A program made the translations under genes and the position numbers. The notes under the pieces are model-generated. The model did not search any database and was not told the DNA's origin. It saw nothing but the letters and a program-made list of their open reading frames with translations. DNA of 64,000 nucleotides from an uncultured Candidatus Saccharibacteria bacterium (GTDB lineage: Bacteria; Patescibacteriota; Minisyncoccia; Phycocordibacterales; UBA918), in contig CAYGTV010000001.1 of NCBI GenBank assembly GCA_964353135.1, positions 87,138-151,137 of the forward strand, in the 5' to 3' direction. Below, piece by piece: positions 1 to 10,929 of the stretch. How positions within the stretch are numbered: position 1 is the stretch's first letter; every line of letters starts with the position of its first letter.

Positions 1-371
1 ATCAGACCGTGAATTGGTCGAAAGAATGTCACAAACCGACCAACAATCATGTATATCAGCAGACCTTTGGTTTCCAAGAAAATTTTGGCTTTTTTTGCTC
101 GGGGTGAGTCAATTCGTTGTTCAATCATTTTTGTGGTACTAAACAACCTCCCGATCCAGTAATTAATCTGGTTTCCAAATACAGTTCCAGCAACTGCAGC
201 TATTATGATTTCTGGAACGCTGATCATGCCTGACATGTGCATCATAGCCACAGCACTGAGGGTAGCTATACCATATAAAATGTAGCCAGACAAAAAGAAT
301 ACATCCAACACCGATGCCATAAATATGACTAGTGGCGCATGGTGTGAAAGCTGGTAGAGAAGTTCGTACAT
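1..371 (-). CDS. DedA/VTT-family membrane protein (3' end runs off the window)
   Basis: Hand translation MYELLYQLSHHAPLVIFMASVLDVFFLSG...GTVFGNQINYWIGR...MIVGRFVTFFRPIHG shows the DedA-type G..G..I.Y.IGR and GRF...R motifs; not in the ORF track. Confidence 0.75.
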   Translation of the reverse strand, partial: MYELLYQLSHHAPLVIFMASVLDVFFLSGYILYGIATLSAVAMMHMSGMISVPEIIIAAVAGTVFGNQINYWIGRLFSTTKMIEQRIDSPRAKKAKIFLETKGLLIYMIVGRFVTFFRPIHGL

Positions 372-379
372 GACTAGAT

Positions 380-997
380 TTAAATCATCAGTATGGCGGC
401 AATAACCATCCAATAGAAGCTGATTGTAAATACGATACTCCTTCGGTAACCAATTTTGTTCTGTACATGCACGAGTTTTGTAATCACTAATCCGACCATA
501 AAGTAGAATGGCAGCACTTCGAGACATGAAAGGTGTGAAAGTGGTCCTAGGTTAGCTGGTAGGTAGTAAAAGATGTACTCACCAAATAAGAGTAGGAATA
601 ATCCGTTATAGAGTATTTCTAGAAAGATCGCTTCAGCTCCCATGATTATTCCCGGAAGGATTATCTGATTTGATTCAAATTTATGCCACACGGTATCGTT
701 GATGTATTTATAGAAGCCAAGTGATCCCCAAATTAATGGAAAGAAATAACTGATGTGCGCATTTTTTGTGGGGAATAGTCTGTACTCCCATAAGGGCTCA
801 CCAAATACATACGCCCATAGTGTATTTACGACTATTTCTCCCGCTATTCCAAAAAGACAAAACAGCGAAACGTAAAAGAGTAGTTTTTTCGGTTCAATCT
901 TTATCCAGCGACGTTTAATTAAACAGACAAGTGCATAGTAAGCCGCACAAAACAAAACCCCAAAGATCGTTGTCGAGAGAATGCTGATCGATATCAT
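380..997 (-). CDS. Hypothetical polytopic membrane protein
   Basis: 205-aa ORF with about 6 hydrophobic segments and internally repeated 'GE.LW.Y/GEYIFYY' motif. Confidence 0.7.
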   Translation of the reverse strand: MISISILSTTIFGVLFCAAYYALVCLIKRRWIKIEPKKLLFYVSLFCLFGIAGEIVVNTLWAYVFGEPLWEYRLFPTKNAHISYFFPLIWGSLGFYKYINDTVWHKFESNQIILPGIIMGAEAIFLEILYNGLFLLLFGEYIFYYLPANLGPLSHLSCLEVLPFYFMVGLVITKLVHVQNKIGYRRSIVFTISFYWMVIAAILMI

Positions 998-1123
998 TTG
1001 GTAATGGTAGCAGATATGTATGGGGAATAGCCATTGCTATACTGTCTCTATCCCAAGCCTTATATCTAGCTGTGCACCCAGACTGGAAATGTGCAATAGA
1101 TTCTTTAGATACACGAGTTTTGT

Positions 1124-3211
1124 TTAGTGTGACCGTAACAGTTCATCTTTGAGGGTGATAAAAAGTTTTTGAGTAATTAATTCTTTTTCATATAGCTCCT
1201 TGAGTAGGGTGTCTTCGATTTTGTGGACACTATGCTCGGCTAGGATAAACGAAAGAATAGCCGCTTCTTTAGGGCGCTCGGCGCTGAGGGCTGCTAGTTT
1301 AGCTGCTGAATTTTGTTTGAAAGTAGTGTACAGCGCGATAGCGTCGTGTAATTCGTGATCACTAAAGACACTGCTGGCGGTGTCCTGGAGACTGGTAAAT
1401 TCTTTGACGACTTTTTGAGAAATAATTTTTTGGGCTCGGTAGTACATATACCTCTCATCAAAGCCAAAGGTCTTTTTGTTAGGCTGTACAATTGCCCTCA
1501 CTGCGGTTGCAAGTCGCTCAAATACATCACGGCTGTCAGTGTGCAGGGCAGTGTCTGGAGCCATATTCCCAGCTTCTATGGCTTCTAGTTGTAGCTGCAG
1601 CTTCCCAGAAATCCGTCTGAATACAATCTCATTGATTTCGTTGTGACGATATAGCACCTTGAGTTCACGTTTTTCGATTCCAATCGCAAACACTCGTAGG
1701 GTGCGCAGTGATAATTGTTCCTGACTATCATCTGACAGAGTGTTTATTTGTTCACAGGCTCGGGTGAGAGCTGCTTCGTGGTCAGTTAACAGTCGTTTTG
1801 CAGTTTCCTCATCGATGTATTGCCTGTCTTTAAATGCGTTGACTCGTTTGCTTACTTCATCATGGATCAATGCGCGAGCTTCTTTGTATTCGACTTCCTC
1901 AAGTTTTGTTAGTGCATCGAGCTTGAAATGTCTAATAAAGGGTTTGATAGTGGTGGCTTTGATAAACAACGTGGCACCAATACAACCAACCGTAAGAGCC
2001 AGCAGGAATTCTTTTGGTGACGTGGCTAGTGACCAACCGGTTACCATAAAGTCGTCAGGGATCAGTAGCACCATAGTGACCGCCAGCGCTCCTCGAAGTG
2101 ACCCCCAGGCCAGTAAGTGTTGCCAGCTGGTGGGGATTGATTTGCTGGTATCCACCAGTTTGTTATAGATAAACACGACTGGGTAAATAGAAATCGCTCG
2201 AGCCACTGCCACTACGACAACACCGATGAGCACCGCATAGAAAATGGTGGGAGTGTTAAATGATGTCTGTGACATAAGGACTCCAATAAGCAGGAATACA
2301 AGTGAGTTGGCCATAAAAGCAAACTGCTCCCACAGTTCAGCCACAAATTTTTCAGCTCGAGGGTGAATCTTTGCTCGACCGTAGTTACCAATCAAGAGAG
2401 AAGCTATAGTCGTACTAATAATTGGAGAAATCGGTATGACATGTCCAAACAGTAGTGGGGTAGTTGAAAGCAATTCGGCTAGGATAAAAGTAATATGAGC
2501 TAAAACAAGCGTGAGCGTAATGCTAGCAACCTCACTCTCGCGGGTGATTCCCATTAGCAAAGAGAAGAACCCCCCAATACATAATCCAAATATAACTCCA
2601 CCTAGTAGCATCGATACAAATATAGCTAGTCCAACCAGGGAAGTGGTTACAGTAAATAATCCGGCGTTGATTGCCTCGAGGGTGATAAGAAAGACCGCTA
2701 CAGCGGTCGCGTCGTTAAAGAGACTCTCGCCTTCAAATATAAGTGTTAGTCGTTTTGGGGCTCCATATTCTTTAAACAAGGCTAAAATCGCTACTGGGTC
2801 AGTTGCTGAAATCAAGGCCCCAAATAAAATCGTCAGCACAATCGGAATATCGATACCTACTAGTAGCAAGAGTACATGCAGTAGGGTTGCAATGACGGTG
2901 GTGGATACAATAAAACTACCAATTGAAAGTGTGAGAACCGCTGCATAGTCGTCGACCAGTCGCCGGATATTCATGTTGTAGGCCGATTCAAAAATCAGCG
3001 TCGGGAGGAAGATGTAAAAGAGTAGTTCCGGAGTGAGTTGAAACATCCCCAAGAATTGAAATGTCGGGATGTATGACAGTACACCCAGACTAATGCCAAT
3101 AATCACGAGTAATACTGTATGCGGGATGTGGAGCCGTTTGGCCCAAAAAATAGCTAGGCTAGAAATACCGAGCATGAGAAAGAGTGTAAGGATAGCTTCA
3201 ATTGTGACCAT
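1124..3211 (-). CDS. CPA1-family Na+/H+ antiporter with long cytoplasmic C-terminus
   Basis: FLPTLIFESA, ISATDPVA, FEGESLFNDA and WGSLRGAL motifs. Confidence 0.93.
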   Translation of the reverse strand: MVTIEAILTLFLMLGISSLAIFWAKRLHIPHTVLLVIIGISLGVLSYIPTFQFLGMFQLTPELLFYIFLPTLIFESAYNMNIRRLVDDYAAVLTLSIGSFIVSTTVIATLLHVLLLLVGIDIPIVLTILFGALISATDPVAILALFKEYGAPKRLTLIFEGESLFNDATAVAVFLITLEAINAGLFTVTTSLVGLAIFVSMLLGGVIFGLCIGGFFSLLMGITRESEVASITLTLVLAHITFILAELLSTTPLLFGHVIPISPIISTTIASLLIGNYGRAKIHPRAEKFVAELWEQFAFMANSLVFLLIGVLMSQTSFNTPTIFYAVLIGVVVVAVARAISIYPVVFIYNKLVDTSKSIPTSWQHLLAWGSLRGALAVTMVLLIPDDFMVTGWSLATSPKEFLLALTVGCIGATLFIKATTIKPFIRHFKLDALTKLEEVEYKEARALIHDEVSKRVNAFKDRQYIDEETAKRLLTDHEAALTRACEQINTLSDDSQEQLSLRTLRVFAIGIEKRELKVLYRHNEINEIVFRRISGKLQLQLEAIEAGNMAPDTALHTDSRDVFERLATAVRAIVQPNKKTFGFDERYMYYRAQKIISQKVVKEFTSLQDTASSVFSDHELHDAIALYTTFKQNSAAKLAALSAERPKEAAILSFILAEHSVHKIEDTLLKELYEKELITQKLFITLKDELLRSH

Positions 3212-3293
3212 AAGCAAAAAACAATACGCCTATCTTGCCGCCTTGGCAAGGGTGTATTTCAAACAAGTCAGTAGGTTTGTTATACTCCTTGGT

Positions 3294-6272
3294 ATGACAG
3301 ATATCATCTCAAGTAGTGCCTTTACCGCCGCTTACAAACAGCTCAATGCAGCTCAAAAAGAAGCAGTCGATACCACCGAAGGGCCAGTGATGGTGATTGC
3401 GGGTCCAGGGACTGGTAAGACCCAAATCCTTACCCTGCGGATCGCAAACATCCTTTTGCAGTCTGATATACAACCAGATAATATCCTAGCGCTCACGTTT
3501 ACCGAGTCTGGTGCGAAAGCTATGCGTGAACGGTTGCTTCGGTATATCGGTGCAGCTGCGTATCGCGTTAACATCTCGACGTTTCATAGTTTTGCGCAGC
3601 GGTTGATTGCTACATACCCTGATGCCTACCCCAACGTTATTGGTGGTCAGCCGGCAACAGATATTGATCGGATTTCTATCATTGAGGCAATTTTAGAAGA
3701 TCCGGCTGTATCAACCCTTCGTCCTGGTGGAAACCCAGAATACTACGTAAAACCACTGATGGGCACTATTAGTGACCTCAAGCGTGAAAACATCACGCCT
3801 AACACTCTACAACAAATGATTGCCGACCAAGAGAGGGATCTGCTAGAAATCGAACAGTTCCACCAAAAGGGCGCCCACAAAGGTAAAGAGCGAGGTGAAT
3901 ACAAAGACGCCGTGAAATCAATCGAGAAAAATCAGGCCCTGCAGTATGTGTACCGACTCTATGAAACCATGTTGCGTGATCAAAAACGCTTCGATTTTGA
4001 CGACATGATTTTACAGACTGTCGCAGCTCTCGAGAAAGACGAGGACATGCTGCGTGACCTGCAAGAGCAGTACCAGTACTTGCTAGCGGACGAACACCAG
4101 GACGTCAACGGGGCACAAAACCGAATTTTGGAGCTGTTGGCTAACTACCATGATCAACCAAACATTTTTGTTGTAGGGGATGAGAAGCAGGCGATCTTTC
4201 GCTTTCAAGGAGCGTCGCTTCAAAACTTTCTGTATTTTCAGTCGAGCTTCACCGGGACAAAAGTAATTTCTCTGACCGAGAACTACCGCTCCGGCCAACC
4301 GGTTTTGGATGCCGGGTATAGTCTCATTACAACTGACGACGAGCATTTGCAGACACTGCGTATTCCACTTAATGCCGCGTTGGTAGATAGTGCGCAAGTA
4401 ACCGTGCGCGACTTCTCACATCAAGCAATCGAAGATAGCTGGCTGGTGGAGCAAGTACAAACCCAAATTGACTCAGGGATCGCTCCAAAAGAAATTGCCG
4501 TCATCGTGCGCAGTAACCGTGAGGTAGAAGACCTCAGTGCTGCTTTGCGCAAAGCGGGAATTCCAGCCCACGCTTCAGCTGAAAGTGACATTCTGTACCA
4601 TCCTGTGACTCAAACCATTGAGCAGTTACTGCGAGCGGTGACACAGTCTGACCAAGGTGCGCTGTTTACGGTGCTGCAGGGGGCGTTTTGGGGTATTAGT
4701 GTGGCTGATACCACCAGGATGTGTGCTGCACAAAACTATAAACGAAAGCTCAGTGAGATTCTGTTTGATGTAGAAATGTTGCAAGAAATTGGGGTGACTG
4801 ATACAGCACCAGTTGAGCGCCTTGTGTCAGTCTTAGAAGAGGCCAGGCGGCGCAATAGTGTCGAAGCACCGCACGAAGTTTTAGCGTTCTTGCTCGAGGA
4901 ATCTGGCTACAAAGAGTACGTCCTGCAGCATGATCCATACGACGGAGCTCGAATTATCAGGCGACTCTATGATGAGATTGAAGAGCTGGTCAAGCGTGAT
5001 AAGAAATCAACCCTGACTGACGTACTATCTGTGTTTGCTCAACGTCGTGCCTATGGACTCCCTTTGTCAGCGCCGTTTATCGGTTCAGAACTAGACGCGG
5101 TCCAAGTGATGACTGCGCACAAATCAAAGGGGCTCGAATTTGAAGTGGTCTTTGCGCCTCATCTCACTGATAACGCTTGGGGTGGAAAAACTAAACGTGA
5201 ATTGTTCAAGATTCCTCGTCAAACTGAAATGGCCGCTGATGCAGCCGACGATGAGAAACGACTCTTGTATGTGCTGATGACTCGAGCAAAACGGTCGCTA
5301 TATCTATCCAATAGCGAGCAAAATGCTGATGGTCGACCACTGACCCCGTCACGCCTGTTGGCTGACATTGCAGAGGATCTGCTTACAGTTGAATCAACCG
5401 CTGAGGCTGAGAAAAAATTTGCTCCGCTTGATCAGGTGGTGTCAGAAGCAAAACATCAATCCGTCGACACAGCACTAGTGGCGGCACTGTTTGCTGAGCG
5501 GGGCTTTTCAGCTACGTCTCTCAACAACTATCTGCGAGATCCGTACGAGTTCTATTTCAAGAATATCCTTCGGGTTCCAGCGGTCCAGCCACCACACATG
5601 CAGTTCGGTACTGCTGTCCACGCCGTGCTACAGCGCGCAACAAACCATCATACAAAAAATAAAACGGTCCCAACTGACAAGCAACTAATGCAATGGATTG
5701 ATGAAAGTTTTGCGAGGCTACCACTAGCAACTGAGGAGTACACCAGGCAACATCAAAAAGCACTAGAGATTATTTTGCCGTATGTCTCTGAACTTATGCC
5801 AACTTTGCCGGTAAAAACTGAAGAAGAATTCTCGATTTCAGTTGAATTAGAAACAGGCATTCCTGACATTCCAACCATACCACTCAAAGGGAATCTCGAT
5901 CGATTGGACTTTGATGAGTCAGGTCAGTTGGTGCAGGTGGTTGATTATAAAACTGGTAAACCAAAATCGAGAAATGTAATTGAAGGGAAGACGGCGTCAT
6001 CAGATGGTGCCTATAAACGACAGCTTACATTTTATGCCTTGCTGCTTGATTTGTATGATGATGAACGTTATCGATGTCGAACCGGGGTGCTTTCATTTGT
6101 AGAGTCGGCAGCTACAGGTTCAATTAAAGAGGAGTCATTTGTGATTACAGATGCAGAAGTGGCGGAACTGAAACAAGAAATCATCAATGCTGCGACTGCT
6201 CTTTCAAACGGCAAATGGGCCACACAAACGTGTGACCCATCTACCTGTGACTACTGTCACTTATTAAACTAG
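3294..6272 (+). CDS. UvrD/REP-family ATP-dependent helicase with C-terminal PD-(D/E)XK nuclease (AdnB/AddA-like)
   Basis: AGPGTGKT, ADEHQD, VGDEKQAIFRFQGA, MTAHKSKGLEF and YVLMTRAK helicase motifs; GNLDRLD..VVDYKTG nuclease motif; C-terminal cysteines; start moved to MTDII. Confidence 0.93.
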   Translation: MTDIISSSAFTAAYKQLNAAQKEAVDTTEGPVMVIAGPGTGKTQILTLRIANILLQSDIQPDNILALTFTESGAKAMRERLLRYIGAAAYRVNISTFHSFAQRLIATYPDAYPNVIGGQPATDIDRISIIEAILEDPAVSTLRPGGNPEYYVKPLMGTISDLKRENITPNTLQQMIADQERDLLEIEQFHQKGAHKGKERGEYKDAVKSIEKNQALQYVYRLYETMLRDQKRFDFDDMILQTVAALEKDEDMLRDLQEQYQYLLADEHQDVNGAQNRILELLANYHDQPNIFVVGDEKQAIFRFQGASLQNFLYFQSSFTGTKVISLTENYRSGQPVLDAGYSLITTDDEHLQTLRIPLNAALVDSAQVTVRDFSHQAIEDSWLVEQVQTQIDSGIAPKEIAVIVRSNREVEDLSAALRKAGIPAHASAESDILYHPVTQTIEQLLRAVTQSDQGALFTVLQGAFWGISVADTTRMCAAQNYKRKLSEILFDVEMLQEIGVTDTAPVERLVSVLEEARRRNSVEAPHEVLAFLLEESGYKEYVLQHDPYDGARIIRRLYDEIEELVKRDKKSTLTDVLSVFAQRRAYGLPLSAPFIGSELDAVQVMTAHKSKGLEFEVVFAPHLTDNAWGGKTKRELFKIPRQTEMAADAADDEKRLLYVLMTRAKRSLYLSNSEQNADGRPLTPSRLLADIAEDLLTVESTAEAEKKFAPLDQVVSEAKHQSVDTALVAALFAERGFSATSLNNYLRDPYEFYFKNILRVPAVQPPHMQFGTAVHAVLQRATNHHTKNKTVPTDKQLMQWIDESFARLPLATEEYTRQHQKALEIILPYVSELMPTLPVKTEEEFSISVELETGIPDIPTIPLKGNLDRLDFDESGQLVQVVDYKTGKPKSRNVIEGKTASSDGAYKRQLTFYALLLDLYDDERYRCRTGVLSFVESAATGSIKEESFVITDAEVAELKQEIINAATALSNGKWATQTCDPSTCDYCHLLN

Positions 6273-7024
6273 AGAGTTTCTACGGCTGTCGCTTCTGAAT
6301 CAAAGTTCCCGTCCAGCTGAGAAATGAGATTTTCTACGATAGCTTTAACCGTGTTGTATGACTGCGCTCCGTTTATAACCGCTTCTTGGTTCCCGACTCG
6401 GATGATTGTGTAGGGTGTTCCTTGGGCACCGGCAGCCAAGCCGTCTGCCATGTCAGCTTTTAAGGTGTCTAACATTCGGTCACTGTTCATACACTCAGTA
6501 AAGGCTGAACGTTCAACTCCAGCGGCTTCAGCAAATTGTGGCAGTTTAGTGACATTTGTGAAATCAGTTTCGTCCCGACTGTCAAAGACAGCATCTGAAA
6601 ATGTCCAAAAGGCACTATTACCAGCGATGTCACCGACACATAGTGCAGCTTCAGAAAGCTGCGGAGCGTTTGGATGTAGGTCAACCAGAGGGAATTGCCG
6701 GTATACCCAAGCCAGTCTGCCGGTCACACCATATTCATCTAGAATTTGGTGCATGGTTGCGTGAAACTGTTTACAAAATGGACAGTCGTAGTCAGAGTAC
6801 TCAATCATGACGATTGGAGCATTTGGGTTGCCAAGGACATAGTCAGAGTCACTGATTGATCGAACCGCACTTGCTGCCACAACATTGTCGGTGACAGTAG
6901 GGGCTGTGGCGACCGGTGCTTGATTGCCGCTAGTAAAGAATATTGCAATTGCAATCATGGCAAACCCGACCACGATTGCGAGTGGGAGAGCCATTGACGT
7001 TTGTTGTTGGTTTGAAGGTTCCAT
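6269..7024 (-). CDS. DsbA/thioredoxin-fold disulfide oxidoreductase, membrane-anchored
   Basis: EYSDYDCPFC and cis-Pro GTP motif; N-terminal TM helix. Confidence 0.9.
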   Translation of the reverse strand: MEPSNQQQTSMALPLAIVVGFAMIAIAIFFTSGNQAPVATAPTVTDNVVAASAVRSISDSDYVLGNPNAPIVMIEYSDYDCPFCKQFHATMHQILDEYGVTGRLAWVYRQFPLVDLHPNAPQLSEAALCVGDIAGNSAFWTFSDAVFDSRDETDFTNVTKLPQFAEAAGVERSAFTECMNSDRMLDTLKADMADGLAAGAQGTPYTIIRVGNQEAVINGAQSYNTVKAIVENLISQLDGNFDSEATAVETL

Positions 7025-7088
7025 AAAATAATTACCTGGTTACAATGTGATTATATCACGCAATGTGGCGTGCTATACTCGAAACAAT

Positions 7089-7898
7089 ATGGAACTAGTG
7101 GACGCAATCATTCTTGGTTTGGTACAAGGTATTACAGAGTTTTTACCTATTTCATCCACTGGGCACCTGGTATTGGCTCGGGAGTGGCTGATGATTGAGG
7201 GAATTAATGCCTTGGCGTTTGATGCGATTCTGCACTTTGCTACAACTGCCGCTGTGATGCTCTACTTTTGGAGTGACCTGTGGCGGCTACTACAGGTAGC
7301 GTTGCGGAAACTTGGCCGACTACCAGTAGATGAAAAGGATATGACGCTTCTCTATGCGCTGATCATCGGTACCATTCCCGCTGTCGTGATCGGGCTGTTA
7401 CTTGAGCCGACCGTCTCGACCTATTTACGCAGTTCTTTGGTTGTAGCAGTTGTGTTGTTTGCTGCATCAATCTTCTTTTTATACACGGAGTGGCGCTACA
7501 CAATAGCTCCACCACGCGAAACGCTAACCCTTAAAAAGGGATTGCAGATCGGATTGTTTCAGGCATTAGCACTGCTTCCGGGTATGTCACGCTCTGGCGC
7601 CACAATTGCCGGGGGTATGTTGCTTGGTCTAACGCGGATCGAAGCGGCTCGCTTTTCGTTTCTGCTGGCTATTCCGATCACATTAGGGGTGGGTATCAAG
7701 AAAACGCTCGATCTGATGCAAGAAAGCGGGGAAGTAGAATGGTTTTTGATCGCGGTAGGTGCCGGGGTGTCATTTGTCACAGCTCTGTTCGTGATCCATT
7801 TCTTCCTGGCGTTTATCCGCCGCTACACCCTGTGGCCGTTTGTTTGGTACGGAATTATCCTCTCAGCGCTCGTGGGATACGTTGCGTTCATTTCATAG
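7089..7898 (+). CDS. uppP: Undecaprenyl-diphosphate phosphatase
   Basis: GLVQGITEFLPISSTGHL and PGMSRSGAT. Confidence 0.96.
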   Translation: MELVDAIILGLVQGITEFLPISSTGHLVLAREWLMIEGINALAFDAILHFATTAAVMLYFWSDLWRLLQVALRKLGRLPVDEKDMTLLYALIIGTIPAVVIGLLLEPTVSTYLRSSLVVAVVLFAASIFFLYTEWRYTIAPPRETLTLKKGLQIGLFQALALLPGMSRSGATIAGGMLLGLTRIEAARFSFLLAIPITLGVGIKKTLDLMQESGEVEWFLIAVGAGVSFVTALFVIHFFLAFIRRYTLWPFVWYGIILSALVGYVAFIS

Positions 7899-7992
7899 GT
7901 TGACCAATACATAATTTTGTGTATTAATATAAATATAGACCAGTGATGGCCTATTATTTATATATCCCATAATAAAAAACGGAGGTAGGGAA

Positions 7993-8403
7993 ATGAAAAG
8001 GCAGTTCTTTGGAATTTTGACAGCAATCACCGTGTATGTGACACCTGTCGTAGCCGAACAGGCAGACATTGACTGGACAACATTTGATATATACAAACGT
8101 TGTGACGGTGTTGTGATGTTTGATCAAACGTCAGATAGTGGCACCTATTCTGGGTATACAATTTTCCGTCTTCCAGACGGACGTGTCTATTTTGAACGTT
8201 ATGAGGACGGAACTCCTGTTGGGTATGGTACCTTTACCGGTTCTATTTATCAGCTTCCGAAAATGTCAGAAGTTGCCTTGGACCAAGAGGATGAGATGTA
8301 CACGTATCGTTCAGACTTCTTTTTTCATGCCGACACTCCAGATTGGAATGGTGGCAGCGAGAAGCTTCGTATTTGTGAAGATGACTCAAAACCCATTGTC
8401 TAA
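7993..8403 (+). CDS. Hypothetical secreted protein (orphan)
   Basis: Signal-peptide-like N-terminus, GGAGG SD site, own terminator. Confidence 0.7.
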   Translation: MKRQFFGILTAITVYVTPVVAEQADIDWTTFDIYKRCDGVVMFDQTSDSGTYSGYTIFRLPDGRVYFERYEDGTPVGYGTFTGSIYQLPKMSEVALDQEDEMYTYRSDFFFHADTPDWNGGSEKLRICEDDSKPIV

Positions 8404-8412
8404 AATTGAGGA

Positions 8413-8440
8413 AAAGGCCCGCACAATTGCGGGCCTTTCT
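8413..8440. terminator. Bidirectional intrinsic terminator
   Basis: AAAGGCCCGCA-caat-TGCGGGCCTTT between convergent genes. Confidence 0.8.
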
Positions 8441-8454
8441 TGCGTTTGATGGTT

Positions 8455-9030
8455 TTAAAAAAGTAGTGAGTGAGTCATCGCTGATTCCTCTTTGACTTCC
8501 CAGTGGGCGATGTCGAGAGGGATTTCTTTTTTACGGTGGCCGTCTTTAAATTTTACAAAGCCGTTTTTACGCGCAAATTCAAATACGTCCTTGGTCACCT
8601 TTACGTCCTGCTCGCAGTATTTCATGATCTCTTTTATTTTGCCTTCACGCCACCAACGGACTGCCTGTAAGCCGTCCGCTGATTTTTTGGCCCCTACGGT
8701 GGCTTGGGCCACACTATCGAGTCTCAGTCGGCGGCCAAGTGACGCTTTGATGTCTTCGAGCAGGTCGATGCTTTTGATCTGGGTCAGGTCACCCGGGTAG
8801 TATTTATTGAGTAGAGGTATATCAAAGTGGTTTGAATTGTATCCAACCAGCGCGTCGGCTTGTTCGATGATTGGCCACAGGTCGTCGAGGTTATCGATCG
8901 AGACTGTTGTGTATTTCTCTGTCCCGTAGTCGTATACAGTCCCAACTGAAATATCTAAAGCCGTCGGATCACTCGATCCGACTTCCTGGAAAATATTTTG
9001 AGTTTCGAGGTCAAATACAACGTAACGCAT
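8455..9030 (-). CDS. RNase H-like / DEDD 3'-5' exonuclease domain protein
   Basis: VVFDLET, VGYNSNHFD and YCEQDV. Confidence 0.85.
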   Translation of the reverse strand: MRYVVFDLETQNIFQEVGSSDPTALDISVGTVYDYGTEKYTTVSIDNLDDLWPIIEQADALVGYNSNHFDIPLLNKYYPGDLTQIKSIDLLEDIKASLGRRLRLDSVAQATVGAKKSADGLQAVRWWREGKIKEIMKYCEQDVKVTKDVFEFARKNGFVKFKDGHRKKEIPLDIAHWEVKEESAMTHSLLF

Positions 9031-9031
9031 A

Positions 9032-10303
9032 CTAGCTTAGTGCAATCAGAGAATTCATAAGTTCTGATAGTGTACCACTAGTGTCTTTGCCAGTTTCGAG
9101 GTGCTTCATAGTATATGTCCCACTTGCAACCTCATCGGAACCAACGGTAATAATATAAATGATGTTGGCGTTAGCGGCGGTGGCAATTTTCTTACCAATT
9201 TTACGATCAGTTGTGTCCACGCTGACTGAAAGTCCTGTTGCTCGGATGTCTTGGGCTAGTTTCATTGCTGCCAGGTTTTGCTCGGGTCCCATCGGTAGCA
9301 GTGCTATTGCTGGTGAGGTGACTGACACTTGTTCTGGTAGTAGTTTGTGTGTCTCAAGGAAGTCTTTCATCGTGACGTCACCAAACCCAAATCCAATGCC
9401 TGACACAGCTTCACCACCAAACAAACTGGTGAGGTTGTCGTAACGCCCACCTCCTAGCAGTGATCGGTTGTTGTCAGGGTGAGTGTCTTTGAATTCAAAG
9501 ACTGTCCCGGTGTAGTAGTCAAATCCGCGGGCTAGGGAACGGTCGATGCGAACATTGTTGATCCCTAGGTCACGCAAAGTAGACACAACCAGGTTATCAC
9601 CAGCGTCGTCTGACTCGATCATGGTCTTGATTTCACTAGCAAGTACTTCATCGCCGTCCAGGATTTGTATCAGGTCCTGGAGATACGCCCCGGCCTCGAT
9701 CTTATCTTTACGGTCATTCAGGCGGGTGATCGCCGTTACTGTATCAGCATCAGTCACGCCTAGTGCAGCATACGCGTGGTTCATGGTTGCTCGGTTGTTG
9801 ATCAGGATTTCAAACATATCCTCGGTTGCGCCAAAGTCCATGAAAATCTGGTGGGCGAGCTGGATGATCTCTACGTCACTGGTGTAATCAGTGGCACCGA
9901 ACATATCGACGTTCAGTTGCCAGTGTTCACGAAGTCGTCCACGCTGCGCTCGTTCGTAGCGAAATAGGTTCGGGATTGAGTACCACCGAGCCGGCCAGGC
10001 TAGTTCCCGCGCTTTACCAGCAATCATACGGGCGACCGTTGGGGTCATTTCTGGTCGTAGAGTAACCTCACGTTCACCACGGTCGGTAAACGTGTAGGTC
10101 TGCTCGTTCACCATTTCTTCGTTTTCAGCCCCTTTGGCTTTGTATAGGGCTGATGGTTCTAATACTGATGCGTCGTAGCGCTCGTAGCCAAAGCGCTCAG
10201 CGGTCTCGCTCCAAGTATCAAAAATATACCGTTGCACGGCCATATCAGCTGGATAAAAATCTCGGACACCCTTATAAGGGTTGGTAGATAGTGGTTCGCT
10301 CAT
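9032..10303 (-). CDS. hisS: Histidine--tRNA ligase
   Basis: KGVRDF, LRPEMT, FRYERAQRGRLREHWQ, RGFDYYTG and GGGRYD. Confidence 0.97.
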   Translation of the reverse strand: MSEPLSTNPYKGVRDFYPADMAVQRYIFDTWSETAERFGYERYDASVLEPSALYKAKGAENEEMVNEQTYTFTDRGEREVTLRPEMTPTVARMIAGKARELAWPARWYSIPNLFRYERAQRGRLREHWQLNVDMFGATDYTSDVEIIQLAHQIFMDFGATEDMFEILINNRATMNHAYAALGVTDADTVTAITRLNDRKDKIEAGAYLQDLIQILDGDEVLASEIKTMIESDDAGDNLVVSTLRDLGINNVRIDRSLARGFDYYTGTVFEFKDTHPDNNRSLLGGGRYDNLTSLFGGEAVSGIGFGFGDVTMKDFLETHKLLPEQVSVTSPAIALLPMGPEQNLAAMKLAQDIRATGLSVSVDTTDRKIGKKIATAANANIIYIITVGSDEVASGTYTMKHLETGKDTSGTLSELMNSLIALS

Positions 10304-10358
10304 GATGTAAATGATTGTACGGGAAGTGTTTTCTCTAGTAAAGCAGTGGTGAGGCTCG

Positions 10359-10928
10359 TTAGTGAATCATTTCGTCTGGAGTAACGTGCAGTGCACGCAT
10401 TCGGGCGTCCATAGCTTTTTGAATAGTTGCTTGGAGTCCTCTTGGGTCGGGTAGCCCGCTTGAATTAAAGTTGCTTTCGTGTGCGCCAGCAGTTTGGGCT
10501 TTGAGCGTTCCAAAATTGAGTAGAGTAGGGATAATGCCTTTGATTTTATATTCGATATCTTGCATCCGTTCGAGTCGAAATACACTCACATTCCGACTAA
10601 AGAAATGAATCTGGTCAACCAAAATAATCCGTCGGTCAGTAACTATCCAGAGGTCCAGGTAGTAGTGAGTCCAGATGGTGAACCCTCCCATCAGTGATAG
10701 TAGTAACCAGGCCGCCATCCCGAAGCCAATCAGGTTCGCAAACTGATACAGGTCAACGCCCATCGTGGCAAATGTTTGGTTAAATATTAAAAAGCCTGCT
10801 AGTGCAAAAAACGGCAGTATAATCAAAAGGAAAATCCCAAACAATTCAGTCAAGATCACAAACCAGTGTTTTCGAACCATGATCAGCACTTTCTCATCTG
10901 GCTCCATCTGAATTTTTTCGAACAACAT
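10359..10928 (-). CDS. Membrane protein with bacterial PH (bPH_2-like) domain
   Basis: Two TM helices then WIVTDRRII...QDI...LNFGTL.AQTAG. Confidence 0.75.
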   Translation of the reverse strand: MLFEKIQMEPDEKVLIMVRKHWFVILTELFGIFLLIILPFFALAGFLIFNQTFATMGVDLYQFANLIGFGMAAWLLLSLMGGFTIWTHYYLDLWIVTDRRIILVDQIHFFSRNVSVFRLERMQDIEYKIKGIIPTLLNFGTLKAQTAGAHESNFNSSGLPDPRGLQATIQKAMDARMRALHVTPDEMIH

Positions 10929-10929
10929 A